DNA from: Mytilus californianus | Taxonomy: Eukaryota | Length of the DNA stretch: 64,000 nucleotides | Assembly (NCBI RefSeq): GCF_021869535.1 | Contig: NW_026262672.1 | Coordinates: forward strand, 1,612,001 to 1,676,000 | Direction of reading: 5' to 3' | Shown: positions 1-13,611 of the stretch, in pieces | Position numbering within the stretch: position 1 is the stretch's first letter | How the letters are laid out: the number at the start of each line of letters is the position of its first letter | Position numbers and translations under genes: made by a program | Notes under the pieces: generated by a model | Seen by the model: only the letters and a program-made list of their open reading frames with translations | Database searches by the model: none | Told to the model about the DNA's origin: nothing

Positions 1-127
1 ATCTTGAATGTACAGTTAAGTTTAAGTATTGCGGGCTGCCATAGATTTATTTATATGGGAGATAACTCAGGGTTTTCTTCGACAAAAATGTGGGACCAAT
101 AATATTGTGTATTTTCTCCAGTTTACA

Positions 128-553
128 TTGATTGATTGATTTTTGGTTGCTTAACGTCTAGTGGTAAATATTTCATGCATATTCAGGACGAGAACAAGTT
201 AACAATAAATACAAAAGATAGGTTCTGTAATAGGGGGTTCCGGGATTAAGGTCGGAGAAATTTAGACTGCCACGGGAAATCAGGGAATATTGGATAAGGA
301 CAGAAATTTAGCCTTGCAACAGGTCACCTACGGACCCCTCAAAGAGTTGTTGCAAGGGTTCTTAACGTACAAGGAGCGTGGCACTCTCTTTACACGAGGC
401 ATCGGATTTAACGTCCCCATTCTGACCGGACGTGGCTGCAAATTTGTACATCCCGCACAGCCAAACGGACGCCCCACTTTAGCAAGGGTTTTACTGCCGG
501 TCGGAGGAAGACCAATGGTGACCATACTTCTATTCCCCTGTCACCCTTGGGGG
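128..553 (-). mobile_element. SINE copy (~420 bp, (AATC)n tail, Meta-like core)
   Basis: Near-identical to the other copies; no TSD seen. Confidence 0.85.
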
Positions 554-2329
554 TTCATACCAAAGATGACTCACGTAGAAGACCACTGCATAATGCCACA
601 GACATTACACAGATCACATTCATGGCTGTGATTTTGAAAGTAAGCATACAGAGCTTGATTTGGATGACTTTTTACAAGTATCACTCCATTTGTTGGCCTG
701 CCCAGAGACACCTTTTTTTCAAAATTCTGAATCAACACCTGGCAGACATTTATTTATTTATGTGGTGAATTAATGCATTGATTAACTTATATTTTGGGAG
801 ATACTCATTATGTATATATGTTCTGTGACCCGTTTCTCTGATTTCTAATTCTGACATATATATTAGGTTATTTTTTTTTCACTAATTGCATTAAAGTGTC
901 ATGTAAATGTGTATGACAACTTAAATGATATAACCTAACAGCACTCATCAGCAACAACTGTGTTTTTAGCAACAAGAATCACACACGTACATGTACATGC
1001 ACTTATCTTTAGGATCTTTGATCATAATCACACATACTTTCAAATTTAAGATGTTGATTTCATGTATTAAGTAGCTTCACAACTTGAATATGTTTAAAAA
1101 AAAACACATTTCAGATAAAAATATAATGAATTTGGCTCATTAGTGTCTTTTAAATTACAGTTGAAGTGCAAGTATTCCATCAGTGTGGAAGATGTGAATG
1201 AACTGCTAATGCTGTTTCAGAAAGTAGCACCTAAAGAGAACATCATACTAAAGACCATCACTGAAATGTAGGTATATAAATATCAGAGAGAGAGAGAGAG
1301 AATTATATGGTTAATGCTGCAATAAAGGTGCTTACATTTTTTCATCACGATAGATTCACAGACCGCCAAACGTGAAATTTGTAACCGAGATAGATCAGTG
1401 GGAACAAAGCAAGTCGTAAATATTTCTGCTAATTTTTTGTTGGGTACCTTCAATTTATTTTACCTTTAATTTGCTGTAGAAAACCATTATGTTTTAAAAT
1501 AATTGCATGGGGAAAGCAGAGACCATTTAATGGACGTTGCAATTGGACCTTATTTTTTCGGGATCTGAGAAAGAATGTTTGTTATTTATACATGTTTCAG
1601 CGTTTATTTTCCTGGGAATTTGGAATGATTGTATTGTTCTATTTGAAGAATTTTTAGTAACTTTCCGTTTGAACACTAATAGTAAATTTCATTTCTGATT
1701 TCCTTAATGATAAAACCAGGTTCGAAAATAAAATATCATTATATTTTCTTTAAAGAATTGCTCATCATTAACGGCCACATGACAAGTGGTATTAAATTAA
1801 ATGTTTAAAGTTGTATAAAAATTAAAGTAGATACATTGTTCAAATGTGGAAAATATGACACGACTCAAGTTATATGTGCAAAATGTTATTTTAATTCTGT
1901 TTGTTTGTTAGGTATTACACAATACCAGTTGGTCCAAGACGTCAGCAGCTTAGGGAGGTGAAATCCATGGCCAGACTAACAGCTCTGATGGAATGCATTC
2001 CAGAAAAGTCACGCTTTGTAGCAGACCTACACGAGTCGTCAAGTTGGGCTACCTTCAGCAAGCAGAGGGAGAAGAATGTCATAGCTCTTTCCTACTGTTC
2101 AGATGGTTTCAACCCCTTCCACTATATCATCAGTTAAGGATCGTACAGTATTTGGGCACAGTCTAGTTTGATACTGAACCTTCTACAACACATGAGGACA
2201 AAATCAGGCAACACTCTCTTGCTTGGGTTAATTTCAGGTATTAGTTTGTATAAAAAATGGTAAAATAACCAAAATTTGACCATACTTCTATTCCCCAGTC
2301 ACCCTTGGGGTGGAGAATAATGGGGTAGA

Positions 2330-2758
2330 TTGATTGATTGATTGTTGGTTGGTTGCTTAACGTCCAGTGGCAAATATTTCATGCATATTCAGGACGAGAA
2401 CAAGTTCACAATAATAGATACAATAGGTAGGTACTGTAATAGATTAAGGGATTAAGGTCGGAGAAATTTAGACTGCCACGGGAAATGAGGGTATATTGGA
2501 TAGGGACAGAAATTTAGCCTTGCAACAGGTCACCTACGGACCCCTCAAAGAGTTGTTGAAAGGGATCTTAACGTGCAAAGAGCGTGGCACTCTCTTTACA
2601 CGAGGCATCGGATTTAACGTCCCCATTCTGACCGGACGTGGCTGCAAATTTGTACATCCCGCAAAGCCAAACGGACGCCCCACTTTGACGAGGGTTTTAC
2701 CGCCGGTCGGAGGAAGACCAATGGTGACCATACTTCTATTCCCCAGTCACCCTTGGGG
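2330..2758 (-). mobile_element. SINE copy
   Basis: Full length; TSD TAATGGGGTAGA (2318-2329 / 2761-2772). Confidence 0.9.
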
Positions 2759-3679
2759 ACTAATGGGGTAGACAAATTAAGATTAGATAAAAAGAACAAA
2801 AAATAAAAAACAGCGAATAAGAGGGTTCTATTACAATTTACAGTATAAGGAATAGAGAATAACGAGCAAAAATATAAAGGATTGAAAATAATGGCAAAAA
2901 ATAGAGAATACCGTAGAGAAAAATGTCATAAAAAAATAAAAGAATACAGAAATAAAGGACCCTAATCTGGGACCCTCTTACAAGGCAATACATTTTTCAA
3001 ATTGATTAGTGTATTATGTCTCTGGCATGATCCGGCATGGCTACTGTATATAAGCATTATGTAATTTTTCATTAATAATCGAACAATATGTTTTTCTTTT
3101 TATCTAAGGTTATTGTCAAGAGGAAAAAATCATAAATATATTGTAGGCCTACTTTTAATATAATTTATCGGTCTCACCCGGGTGCTCCTAATTAAGAGGA
3201 AGGAACTACGAAAGAAGAAGTAAGCTGTTTAACTATAAAACTTGTGTACTATCCTTTCGTTTAATACCCTTCTTTGACCTCAATACTACAGAAAAGTTGA
3301 TTTAGAAAGCACCAGTTTGCATAGCCTGGATTCCTGACCCAAATGCCTGCTTCACATCGATCAGCATTGAACAGTCTTTAATATGGATCCCAGCCAAAAG
3401 TCAACACTTTTATTTCGTCTGAAATGTTTTCATCAATTACCTAATGGTTAATGTTTTAGCAAGGACGTATTTATAACTAACATACGTCCTTGGTTTTAGA
3501 AATGATATATTGAGCATGCAGACTGTCAGTCTAGTTTATTTAGTAACAGTTTTTTTTTCTTCTGTAGGACAACGGGCCCCAAAGAAGTTGAATAAATACA
3601 ACGAGATTCTTGTAAACGAATTGGTTCAGCTAAAAGACGGTCTAGCAACTTTCAACGGAGACATCAAACAGCGCTCGAT

Positions 3680-4102
3680 TGATTGATTGATTGTTGGTTG
3701 CTTAACGTCCAGTGGCAAATATTTCATGCATATTCAGGACAAGATCAAGTTCACAATAAATACAATATGTAGGTTCTGTAATAGATTAAGGGATTAAGGT
3801 CGGAGAAATTTAGACTGCCACGGGAAATGAGGGTATATTGGATAGGGACAGAAATTTAGCCTTGCAACAGGTCGCCTACAGACCCCTCAAAGAGTTGTTG
3901 CAAGGGTTCTTAACGTGCAAAGAGCGTGGCACTCTCTTTACACGAGGCATCGGATTTAACGTCCCCATTCTAACCGGACGTGGCTGCAAATTTGTACATC
4001 CCGCACAGCCAAACGGACGCCCCACTTTAGCACGGGTTTTACTGCCGGTCGGAGGAAGACCAATGGTGACCATACTTCTATTCCCCAGTCACCCTTGGGG
4101 GG
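3680..4102 (-). mobile_element. SINE copy
   Basis: Full length; TSD AACAGCGCTCGAT (3667-3679 / 4103-4115). Confidence 0.9.
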
Positions 4103-4449
4103 AACAGCGCTCGATAATGTCCGCGTATATAGATCGGTTACCAGTCAAACACGAAAGTTACGTAAGTAGAAATCTCGTCGGCAACAATACATTGTAAACA
4201 AAAAATAAATATGTGATTTATCTGTGTAAATCAGTGAATAAATGATTATACATTTATAAAAGAAGCATGCATAAGTAGAGGTTATGAGCAACTCGTTATG
4301 TGTGCTACCAGAATGTATGAAATATTAGTTTATTCAAAATATGATATAAAAAAAAAACAATTATTTACTATGGTTGAAGGTGATCTGGAGAGTAGAATAT
4401 TAGATCAATGCTTCAAATTAAGATGGATTACTTTGCTTCATTTGTTTAG

Positions 4450-5750
4450 ATGAAAGCATTAGAAGATAAAATAGCAGATCTTGAGATAAAGTTACATTCG
4501 CGCGAAAGGAAAAATTTAATTCTAAGTAGATTTCATATCCACAAGAATAGATCAAATTTTGTAGCAGCGTTAGTGCTAAAACTTGTGTGCAACAAAGAAG
4601 AGGAAGCGGTGCTTGATAAAGAACAGAAGTTACTTAAGATATTTGGTAAAAATGATGTTCAAAGTGACAATTATAATAATATGCAGTCGCAAAATTTGTA
4701 TTTGCATGCGGCTGGTTTATTTGGAGGTTCTTTTGAACAAGCACAAGGTCACACTGATGGAATGCCTCCTAGATTTTTAGGTTCACCTCGTCGCGGTAGG
4801 CCTCGTGGTTATATTCACGAAAATGTGTTTTAAATGTAATAAGCCGGGTCATTTTGTCTGTGATTGTCCAGTGAACCAAATTCCCACAAATTTAAATTAA
4901 ATGGATGGTGTCTCTCCAGATATACAAAACGTGAAATTTTTGAATCCGAAAACTTTTGCTGGAAAAATTCACACTAGGTTATATCAATGGCAAAAGATAT
5001 TAGCTTGTTCGTCTTCTTCAGATGAAATTTTAGATTGGTTCATAGTGTTAATATCAATAAGTACATTGTACATGTTAAAGCAGATTTTTTGGGATAAGTG
5101 CCCACCTTGCAGAATATTCAATAATTCGAATATATGCAAAAAGTTTTATCTGTTCATAACAGAAACTGTTGTGGAAAGACAACAATGGTTCCAGTAAATT
5201 CGTAGGAAAAGTAGGTTTAGTTAAACCACCCCACATTGTAGCACCGTTAAGAGCAGAACCGACAAAACATAGACTATGTATTTACCTAATGTATTTGAAC
5301 AATTGGAGCAAAGATATTCCTTTTAGTTTCGACACTCACAAAAATAAAGTCAGGTTTTGATAATGTTTTTGTCCGAGGATTCCAGAGGATTCGTGGGTTT
5401 TCAGTGGAGTGGAATTTATTTCATTTTCACAACATTACCGTTTGGCTTCAAACTATCTAGCTATATTTATAACACTTTAAATCTGCAAGCAACTTCTTAC
5501 ATCAGGAATCAATAATTGTATATAGATGGCAGCAAAACTTTACACTCGAGATATAAAATCTGTAATTTCATTCGGAATCTGCAAAAAAAAAAAACAACAA
5601 AAAAAACAAGTATCCCAATGACAAAAGAATTAAAAAGACAAGATTATTATGGGCGGTTATTTGGATTCATGGACAGGAAAGTTAGAAAACTAGAGGCTCT
5701 CAAGAGCCTGTGTCGCTCACCTGATTCTACTTTGGTTTTGGAAATCATGT
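4450..5750 (+). pseudogene. Degraded DIRS-like (tyrosine-recombinase retrotransposon) gag/RT remnant
   Basis: CCHC knuckle CFKCNKPGHFVCDCP at 4826-4870; RT-like PHIVAPL..EPTKHRLC..L.YLN.W, GFQWSGIYFIFTTLPFG and YIDG, broken by frameshifts. Confidence 0.65.
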
Positions 5751-5759
5751 AAAAATAGA

Positions 5760-7548
5760 TTAAAATCATAACAGATACCCTAATAATGAGTGAGACCAAA
5801 TTTGGTTTAATATTGGTCCTGTAATTTGATAAAAAATCCTGGTGGCCATCTTGAACAGTAAATCGGCAACAAAGTAGCAACACTTCATCAGCACCTCATA
5901 AGAAACATTTATGCCATGTTTTGATTTCATTCCATTCAGTGCACCTCTAGAAGAAACATTTGTATGTATTTCCCATAGGGTCTTATGTTAAAGGAAGTCC
6001 CCCCATTGGCGGCCATCATGGATGAAGGATCAGCTTCAAAGTAACAAAACTTAGTCAGCACCTCATAAGGAACATTCATGCCATGTTTGGTTTCAATCCA
6101 TTCAGTATGTGGTTCTCTGAAAGAAGACATTTGTATGTATTGTCCATAGGGTCCTTTGTTAAACATTGTCCCCATCTGGCGGCCATCGTGGATGAAGAAT
6201 CAGCTTCAAAGTAACAACACTTGGTCAGCACCTCAAAAGGAACATGCATGCCATGTTTGGTTTCATTCCATTCAATGGTTCTCTAAAAGAAAACACTTGT
6301 ATGTATTTCTCATAGGGTCCTATGTTAAACTAAGTCCTCCGCTGGCGGCCATCTTAGAATATGGATCGGCTTCATAGTAACAACACTTCGTCAGCACCTC
6401 ATAAAAAAACATTCATGCCATGTTTGGTTTCATTGCATTCAGTGGTTCTCTAAAAGAAGACATTTGTATGTATTTCCAATAGGGTCCTATGTTAAACTAA
6501 GTCCCCTGCTGGCGGCCATCTTGGATAATGGATCAGCTTCAAAGTAACAACACTTGGTCAGCACCTCATAAGGAACATTCATGTCATGTTTGGTTTCATT
6601 CCATTCAGTGGTTCTCTAAAAGAAGACATTTGTATGTATTTCCCATATGGTCCTATGTTAAACTAAATCCCCCGCTGGCGGCCATCTTGGATTATGGATC
6701 GGCTTCAAAGTAACAACATTCGGTCAGCACCTCATAAGAAACATTTATGCCATGTTTGGTTTCATTCCATTCAGTGGTTCTCTAAAAGAAGACATTTGTA
6801 CGTATTTCCCATAGGGTCCAATATTAAACTAAGTCCCCTGCTAGCGGCCATCTTGGATTATGGATCGGCTTCATAGTAACAACACTTGGTCAGCACCTCA
6901 TAAGGAACAGTCATGCCATGTTTGGTTTCATTCCATTCAGTGGTTCTCTAAAAGAAGACACTTGTATGTATTTCCCATAGGGTCCCATGTTAAACTAAGT
7001 CCCCCGCTGGCGGCCATCTTGGATTATGGATCGGCTTCAAAGTAACAACACTCGGTCAGCACCGCTTAAGGAACATTCATATCAAGTTTGGTTTCATTCC
7101 ATTCAGTGGTTCTCTAAAAGTAGACATTTGTAAGTATTTCCCATAGGGTCCTATGTTAAACTAAGTCCCCCGCTGGCGGCCATCTTGGATAATGGACCAG
7201 CTTCAAAGTAACAACACTTGGTCGGCACCTCATAAGGAACATTCATGCCATGTTTGGTTTCATTCCATTCAGTGGTTCTCTTAGAGGAGACATTTGTATG
7301 TATACCCCATAGGGTCCTATGGTAAACTAAGTCCCCCGCTGGCGGCCATCTTGGATGATGGATCCGCTACAAAGTAACAACACTTGGTCAGCACCTCATA
7401 AGGAACATTCATGCCATGTTTGGTTTCATTCCATTCAGTGGTTCTCTAGAAGAAGTTCAAAATGTAAAAAGTTAACGACGACGACGGACGACGGACGCCA
7501 AGTGATGAGAAAAGCTCACTTGGCCCTTCGGGCCAGGTGAGCTAAAAA
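5760..7548. mobile_element. Helentron/HINE-like non-autonomous element carrying ~10 tandem 166-167-bp units
   Basis: GTAACAACAC recurs at ~167-bp spacing from 5875 to 7374. It ends with an (ACG)n/GACG microrepeat and the hairpin AGCTCACTTGGCC-CTTCG-GGCCAGGTGAGCT followed by an A-run. Confidence 0.72.
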
Positions 7549-7904
7549 AGAGCGGCATTTAGTTGTTAACATTTATACAGATGCTTGCATTGTGTGTACA
7601 AATGGGGTGGATATTTCAAAATAAACGACAAAGAGCACAACGTTGGTGATTCGTGCATGGGCACAGGAAATGTTATCGCTTCCTATTATGGTACTAGAGG
7701 CTAAAGCTTAGTTTGTAAAATGTATTAAGATCAATACAGGAAGACATAAAGTGTAGTCGGGTGGACGTAAACATAGACACTCAGGCCTTGTTAGGTGCTT
7801 GAAATAACGGAAGTTCCAAATCTATGAAACTGAATTCTACTCTTATAGATTATTTTCAATTGACTTTGGATTTTAGACGTTATGTTTAATTACATTTGTA
7901 GTAT

Positions 7905-8327
7905 TGATTGATTGTTGATTGCTTAACGTCCAGTGGCAAATATTTCATGCATGCTCAGGACGAGAACAAGTTAACAATAAATACAATAGGTAGGTCCTGT
8001 AATAGAGGCCGTCCGGGATAAAGGTCGGGGAAATTTGGACTGCCACGGGAAAATGAGGGTATATTGGATATGGACAAAAATTTAGCCTTGCAACAGGCCA
8101 CCTACGGACCCCTCAAAGAGTTGTTGCAAGGGTTATTAACGTGCATAGAGCGTGGCACTCTCTTTACACGAGGCATCGGATTTAACGTCCCCATTCTGAC
8201 CGGACGTGACTGCTAACTTGTACATCCCGCACAGCCAAACGGACGCCCCACATTAGCGAGGGTTTTACCGCCGGTCGGAGGAAGACCAATGATGACCATA
8301 TTTCTATTCCCCTGTCACCCTTGGGGG
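7905..8327 (-). mobile_element. SINE copy
   Basis: Full length; TSD TACATTTGTAGTAT (7891-7904 / 8329-8342). Confidence 0.9.
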
Positions 8328-9258
8328 CTACATTTGTAGTATCTAAATTGATATTAGTACATGAACCATCGAGAAGACTTAGTAAATCAGACGCGACATT
8401 AGATAAAGAGATATGGAATAAAATATAAGAGTATTTTGGTGACAATACAGGACATACGATCGACTTGATGTCTTTAGATTTTAATAGCATCACAGACAGA
8501 CATGGTGGAATTCTAAAACATTTCACATCATGTTTTTCTCCTTTGTCGACAGGCGAAAATTTATTTGCTCAAACAGTGGATAAGAGTGAAAACTGTTATG
8601 TATTTCCTCCTTTTGTATTATTACTACCGGTGTTATATTTATCAGGCAGAATATGTTAAATTGTATACAGTGATAATTCGTGTCTATGGAGTAATAGCCA
8701 CATGGGTTCCAACATTTTATGAATTTTGCTTATGTTGTTGATAACAAGCGACGAAAGAAAAAAAGGTTATGACCCGGATGTTTTGGGGTTATCTGGAAAT
8801 CTGTATGCAATTCGCATAAAAGAAAAACCATATATATGCATTTATTCTGGAAAATTATTATTTCTTAATGAACCACTTGTTTCTACAAAATTTCACTTGA
8901 TAAGTATTGGTGATTAAATGATAAGATTTTAAGAATGGCAAAAAGATTTTTATAACCCAATGTTAAATGTTGTTTTCATAAGGTGGTGCTCTAGTGTGTG
9001 AAAAAACACCCAAAATTGAGAGATTAACTAGACCACAACCGCCTAGGCTTATTTTCATTCATGAAGGTGTCAATAATGTTAGCAAGTCTTTCTTGTTAAA
9101 AATGAGTTCAACCAGTTATTGAGTACAACACAACAATTTGAACATTTAGCACAAATGCTAAAGTGTACGTTAGAAAGGGATAGGCACGTATCTATTGTAT
9201 TATTATTGATAATCATGTGTAAAGATGATGCTATAAATGCAAGGTCGACCATTATTAA

Positions 9259-9681
9259 TGATTGATTGACTGTTGGTTGCTTAACGTCCAGAGGCAAATA
9301 TTTCATGCATATTCAGGACGAGAACAAGTTAACAATAAATATAATAGGTAGGTTCTGTGAAAAGGGCTTCCGGGATTAAGGTCGGAGGAATTTAGACTGC
9401 CACGGGAAATGAGGGTATATTGGATAGGGACAGAAATTTAGCCTTGCAACAGGTCACCTACGGACCCCTCAAAGAGTTGTTGCAAGGGTTCTTGACGTGC
9501 AAAGAGCGTGGCTCTCTCTTTACACGATGCATCGGATTTAACGTCCCCATTCTGACCGGACGTGGCTGCAAATTTGTACATCCCGCACAGCCAAACGGAC
9601 GCCCCACTTTGACGAGGGTTTTACCGCCGGTCGGAGTAAGACCAATGGTGACCATACTTCTATTCCCCAGTCACCCTTGGG
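9259..9681 (-). mobile_element. SINE copy
   Basis: Full length; no TSD seen. Confidence 0.85.
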
Positions 9682-12600
9682 TTTTTTTTTTATATGAAGG
9701 GGAAAATTCCAACAGCAGTAGTAAAGTATATGCAGTGACATTACGTATCATAGGGTCAATGGTGAAGGAATTAATCAACACGTAGGGTGGGGCACAAAAT
9801 ATATAGTTGATTATAATGCCAATGTAGGGAAATTAATAAGTCCTAAAGGGCCAACTTTAATTTGTCGCAGGCTGTGGACAATTTTGGTAAGGGAAGTTCT
9901 TCTTTTGATAAAGTTGCAAATCAATATTCTGGTTTGAGTAAATTGAAAAGTTGCAGTTTCAATTAATTATGTTTGACTGTGTACATTTAGGTTTAGTTTA
10001 GCAATGTTCTGAAATGGAACATACTTCTTTTTTATAAGTATTGGATATGTTTTATGATGGGTATAGTTGTATAATAATGAAGTTGGAACATTAAATAAGG
10101 TTTTGTATTTAGTCAGTCGGTTATGTCATATTATTTCACTGAGACCCGTTTGTACATCGTTGGTTTTTTTAATCCACTATCTTATATATAAGAGGAACCG
10201 TGGTGAACTTGTTATATTCCACTATTCCAAGTTCCCCCTTCGGTACCCCGAATGTATAAGATAGCACGGTCACTCTTAGTCTAATCGTCACTCGATTGGA
10301 GGTCATAAGTAGAGCATGATCGCTATGTGGATCGAATGCACAAGCGTTGTTGATTGAGCGGTCATTATGCTTTAAAAAATACGTACATGAAATACAAAAA
10401 CACAAAAAAAGGTAAAAAACCAAAACAAGCGACGAAACAAAATTGGAACTAAGGTAGTTAGTTGTCTTATTGAATATTAACCATATTCCTTGCTTTCTGT
10501 GGAGTCATATTAGGGATGATGCAGTATAACAAAGGTACTCGAGATATGCACTTATGATGATAAAGATGTGGTTCATGTCAAAATTTAGGTTAGGCTAGTC
10601 TGGTTTTGCAACAGAAGGTCATTGTACCTGTTTTTTCTTACCGTTTTTAGCAGTGTTCGGATATTACGGGATATGAAAATGATATATTCTGTGGATAACA
10701 ATATAGCTAGTATTTGGTCTACTCGTTTGGTGTTGTAGTTGATATAATTAAAAATACTAGTACTTGTTTTTAATATATGGTAAAATTGCTATAAATAAGC
10801 GATTACATTTCAAACCGATTATGTACCTGGGGATCATTTTTGTAAGTCAGGTTGCTACACAGTCTTTTTGTTTTCGAATACCGAAACAGGTTTTATGTTT
10901 TCAAAACATGATTGGTTGTATTGTCAACCATGAGCATTTGAATTAAAATACAGTTACACCTTAACTTATTTGAACCTTTAGAAATGCTAGTCTTGAAATG
11001 ACGCATGCAGTACTTTGTATTTTCTTTTCGGAACTGAATTACGCATGCAATACATGTATATTGTTACATGTAAAGGCAGAGTGTATGGAAACAGTTGCGA
11101 TCAGGGAATGTAACACAAATGCGAGACAATTAAAACGTTTATTTGGTTGATAGATATCTAAGAACGAGTTAATTGATCGTATTAATTATAGTTCACTTGA
11201 TTCCTTTCACCCCTTTATCAAACCTCTTATGGTTTGTTGAATCCACTATCTTATATATGATAGGAACCGTGGTGAACTTGTAAGATTCCACTATATATTC
11301 AAACAATTATCAACAAATTATTTGTAACTTTTTGTCTTATCAAATTTGTGACTTTATGTCCTGTGACTTTCTGTCCGTTTACCTATACAGGTAAATGAAA
11401 ATAATTTTGTTGTTAGGTATACAGTTTCAATGTAGAAAGGAAATATTTTTATAAAATAAATAATTTTGATGTTCATAGTACGAAGAAGTGAACATTCATA
11501 GTAATACGAAACACTTATCAAAGGTGGTATATAGACCAGATATAACCCTGAATAAGTAAACATTAAATAACAAAAAAAAACATTACAATAGTATCAACAG
11601 GTCAAATTAACAAGTAAGTATGCCTTTTAGTGTTTCTTTGATACATATGACGTGGCTCTGTACTTATACATCTCGTCATTATGTTTTTGTTCCATGACAA
11701 TGTTTGTATTCTTGTCTTTCATTTTAGCTAATGTGCATTGTCTATATGCCTTTCAGTTTCTTCGATACATATGACGTGGCTCTGTTCTTATACATCCCGT
11801 GCTAATGTAAAGTTTTGTATTCTTGTCTTTCACTTTTGCTAATGTGCTTTGTTACATATTTGTTTGTTTTTATAGTGATGTAAGATTATAACACAATGTT
11901 GACGGCTGTATCCGTATTTTTGACAATTATGTCCGTTTGTTTTGCTTTGTTGAAAGATTGGTGATTCAAACAGTTTCTTTTTAGGATAGTTGTCCAGGGC
12001 TGAGTCGTCTACTGTGATTCATATGCCATGTTTTAAGGGAAATGGTTAAAGAATGTTTTAAAAACTCCATACCCAAGGAACAGGGGTGGATTTTACACAG
12101 CAAGTTTTATTATATATTTTTTTAATTAGTAAATTGACAGGACATTTCATATTTTGAAGCAAATATCTGTTAATTACAATATAATGTTCAACATTACCTG
12201 TAATTTTATCTTATTATTTCACTTTCTGTATAGAAAACAATGTAAGAAGTCTGGAAGGCAACAGGACCTATGCAGATTTTATTCCAAAATTATAGCACAA
12301 CCGTCCTGCACAATTCGTAATCCACTGCCTTACAAGATTGCCTCCATCCATTAAACAAATCCCATTGGAAAACCTTTCTGCTGATGGAAATTGGGAATTT
12401 AATGTCCAGGGTGTTGATATAGATAAAGTGTCAATCTGAAAAAAGCAAAATGTTCTTGTATAAACTTAAAGAATCACTTACCATGCAAACACAATCTGTC
12501 AGTGATTCACGCTTTAACAAATTGTAAATAGGAATATTGATTTTATAAATTACAATGATGAGAAAAAAGCATATGAATGATATGGATACTTATATGAGAA

Positions 12601-12962
12601 AAGAGAATCCTGAAATAGTTGTCACTTATTCCTTGGTTATAATGCAGCGGAAGCAAACCACCGTTCGATTTGAATGTTTTAATAATCGTGTAAATTGATC
12701 ATTCCACTATAGAGTTGTTCAGGGCTGAGTCGTCTACTGTCTTTTTATTATTTCATTGTCATTACAAAATTTATTGTATTCATTGTACTGATTGTTGGTT
12801 GCTTAACGTTTAAGAATGACTCAAAAGTTTAAAGCAATAATCTCATAAAGCTAAATACTGTCCACACTAGTCTGTCTTCACTCTTTTGTATTTTCCCCAT
12901 TAGTTTGAACATGCAGTAACGACACCTTACACTTAAGATTACAATTTAAGCTGAATCAGAGT

Positions 12963-13248
12963 AGTAGTAGTAGAATAGGGATAAGAAAACAGTAGAGCAG
13001 GTAGAGCAGCTTATGTAAATATTGTGCTAGTGATGGTGGAATGTTTGTGTCCACGTGTGATACTTTTGACCAAGGTAGAGCAACATTGGTTGGTAACCAG
13101 GTTATGTTTGTCGTCCATTTTGTTTCCACGTTGCAAGGTAGAGCAACATTGGTCGGTAACCAGGGGTATGTTTGTCGTCCATTTTTGTTTCCACGTTGCT
13201 GACTTTTTCAAGGTAGAGCAACATTGGTTGGTAACCAGGGTACGTTTG
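12963..13248 (+). repeat. Left terminal inverted repeat of the Polinton (286 bp matching; degenerate extension to ~13311)
   Basis: Reverse complement of 32724-33009; the mirrored ORF translations in the track are identical across the overlap. Contains three ~63-75-bp internal units starting at 13071, 13134 and 13209. Confidence 0.95.
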
Positions 13249-13611
13249 TCGTCCATTTTTGTTTCCACGTTGTAGAATTTTGGGTTGCCTTGCTTGTCTA
13301 AATTGTTATTTAAGTGAGCGGCATCCATTTTTTTTTTTACGTTACTATATTTATTTTTGACGATATATGTTGGTAATAATTTTAAAACGAAAATTCTGAG
13401 GTTACATTACCAGGTTTTGTTATCAACAAAAAAGGTGCAGATATATATCTTATTATTTAAGTATGGTTTGAGTAGATTCATAGAATTAAAGCAGCTTTAT
13501 GACATTGTTGAATTAAAGGTTGAAGACTGGAAGTACGATTTAATTATACAAATTGTAGAGACTTCAGGTGGTGGTGGTATGTAAGTAAATGTTAGTCTTT
13601 ACTGATTAATC

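Larger units (their letters stand above)
556..4186 (+). pseudogene. Decayed spliced CACTA/EnSpm transposase (exon remnants ~556-684, 1161-1267, 1912-2239, 3568-4186), interrupted by SINEs
   Basis: Transposase_21-like motifs YYTIPV, ALSYCSDGFNPF, YSIW..LILNL...MRTK..N.LLLGLI, G.RAPKKLNKYNEILVNEL..LKDG. It has GT-AG borders and a stop at 2135, and a SINE with TSD is inserted in the last exon. Confidence 0.75.

Noticed and set aside
5840-7440. 167-bp array as a CRISPR array or a repeat-protein gene
   Set aside because: The units are repeated in full with no unique spacers, there are no cas genes, the context is eukaryotic, and the ORFs are short with stops in every unit.
13011-13328. ORFs in the TIRs (also 32718-33061)
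   Set aside because: Mirror-image frames produced by the TIR's internal tandem units; no protein-like features.
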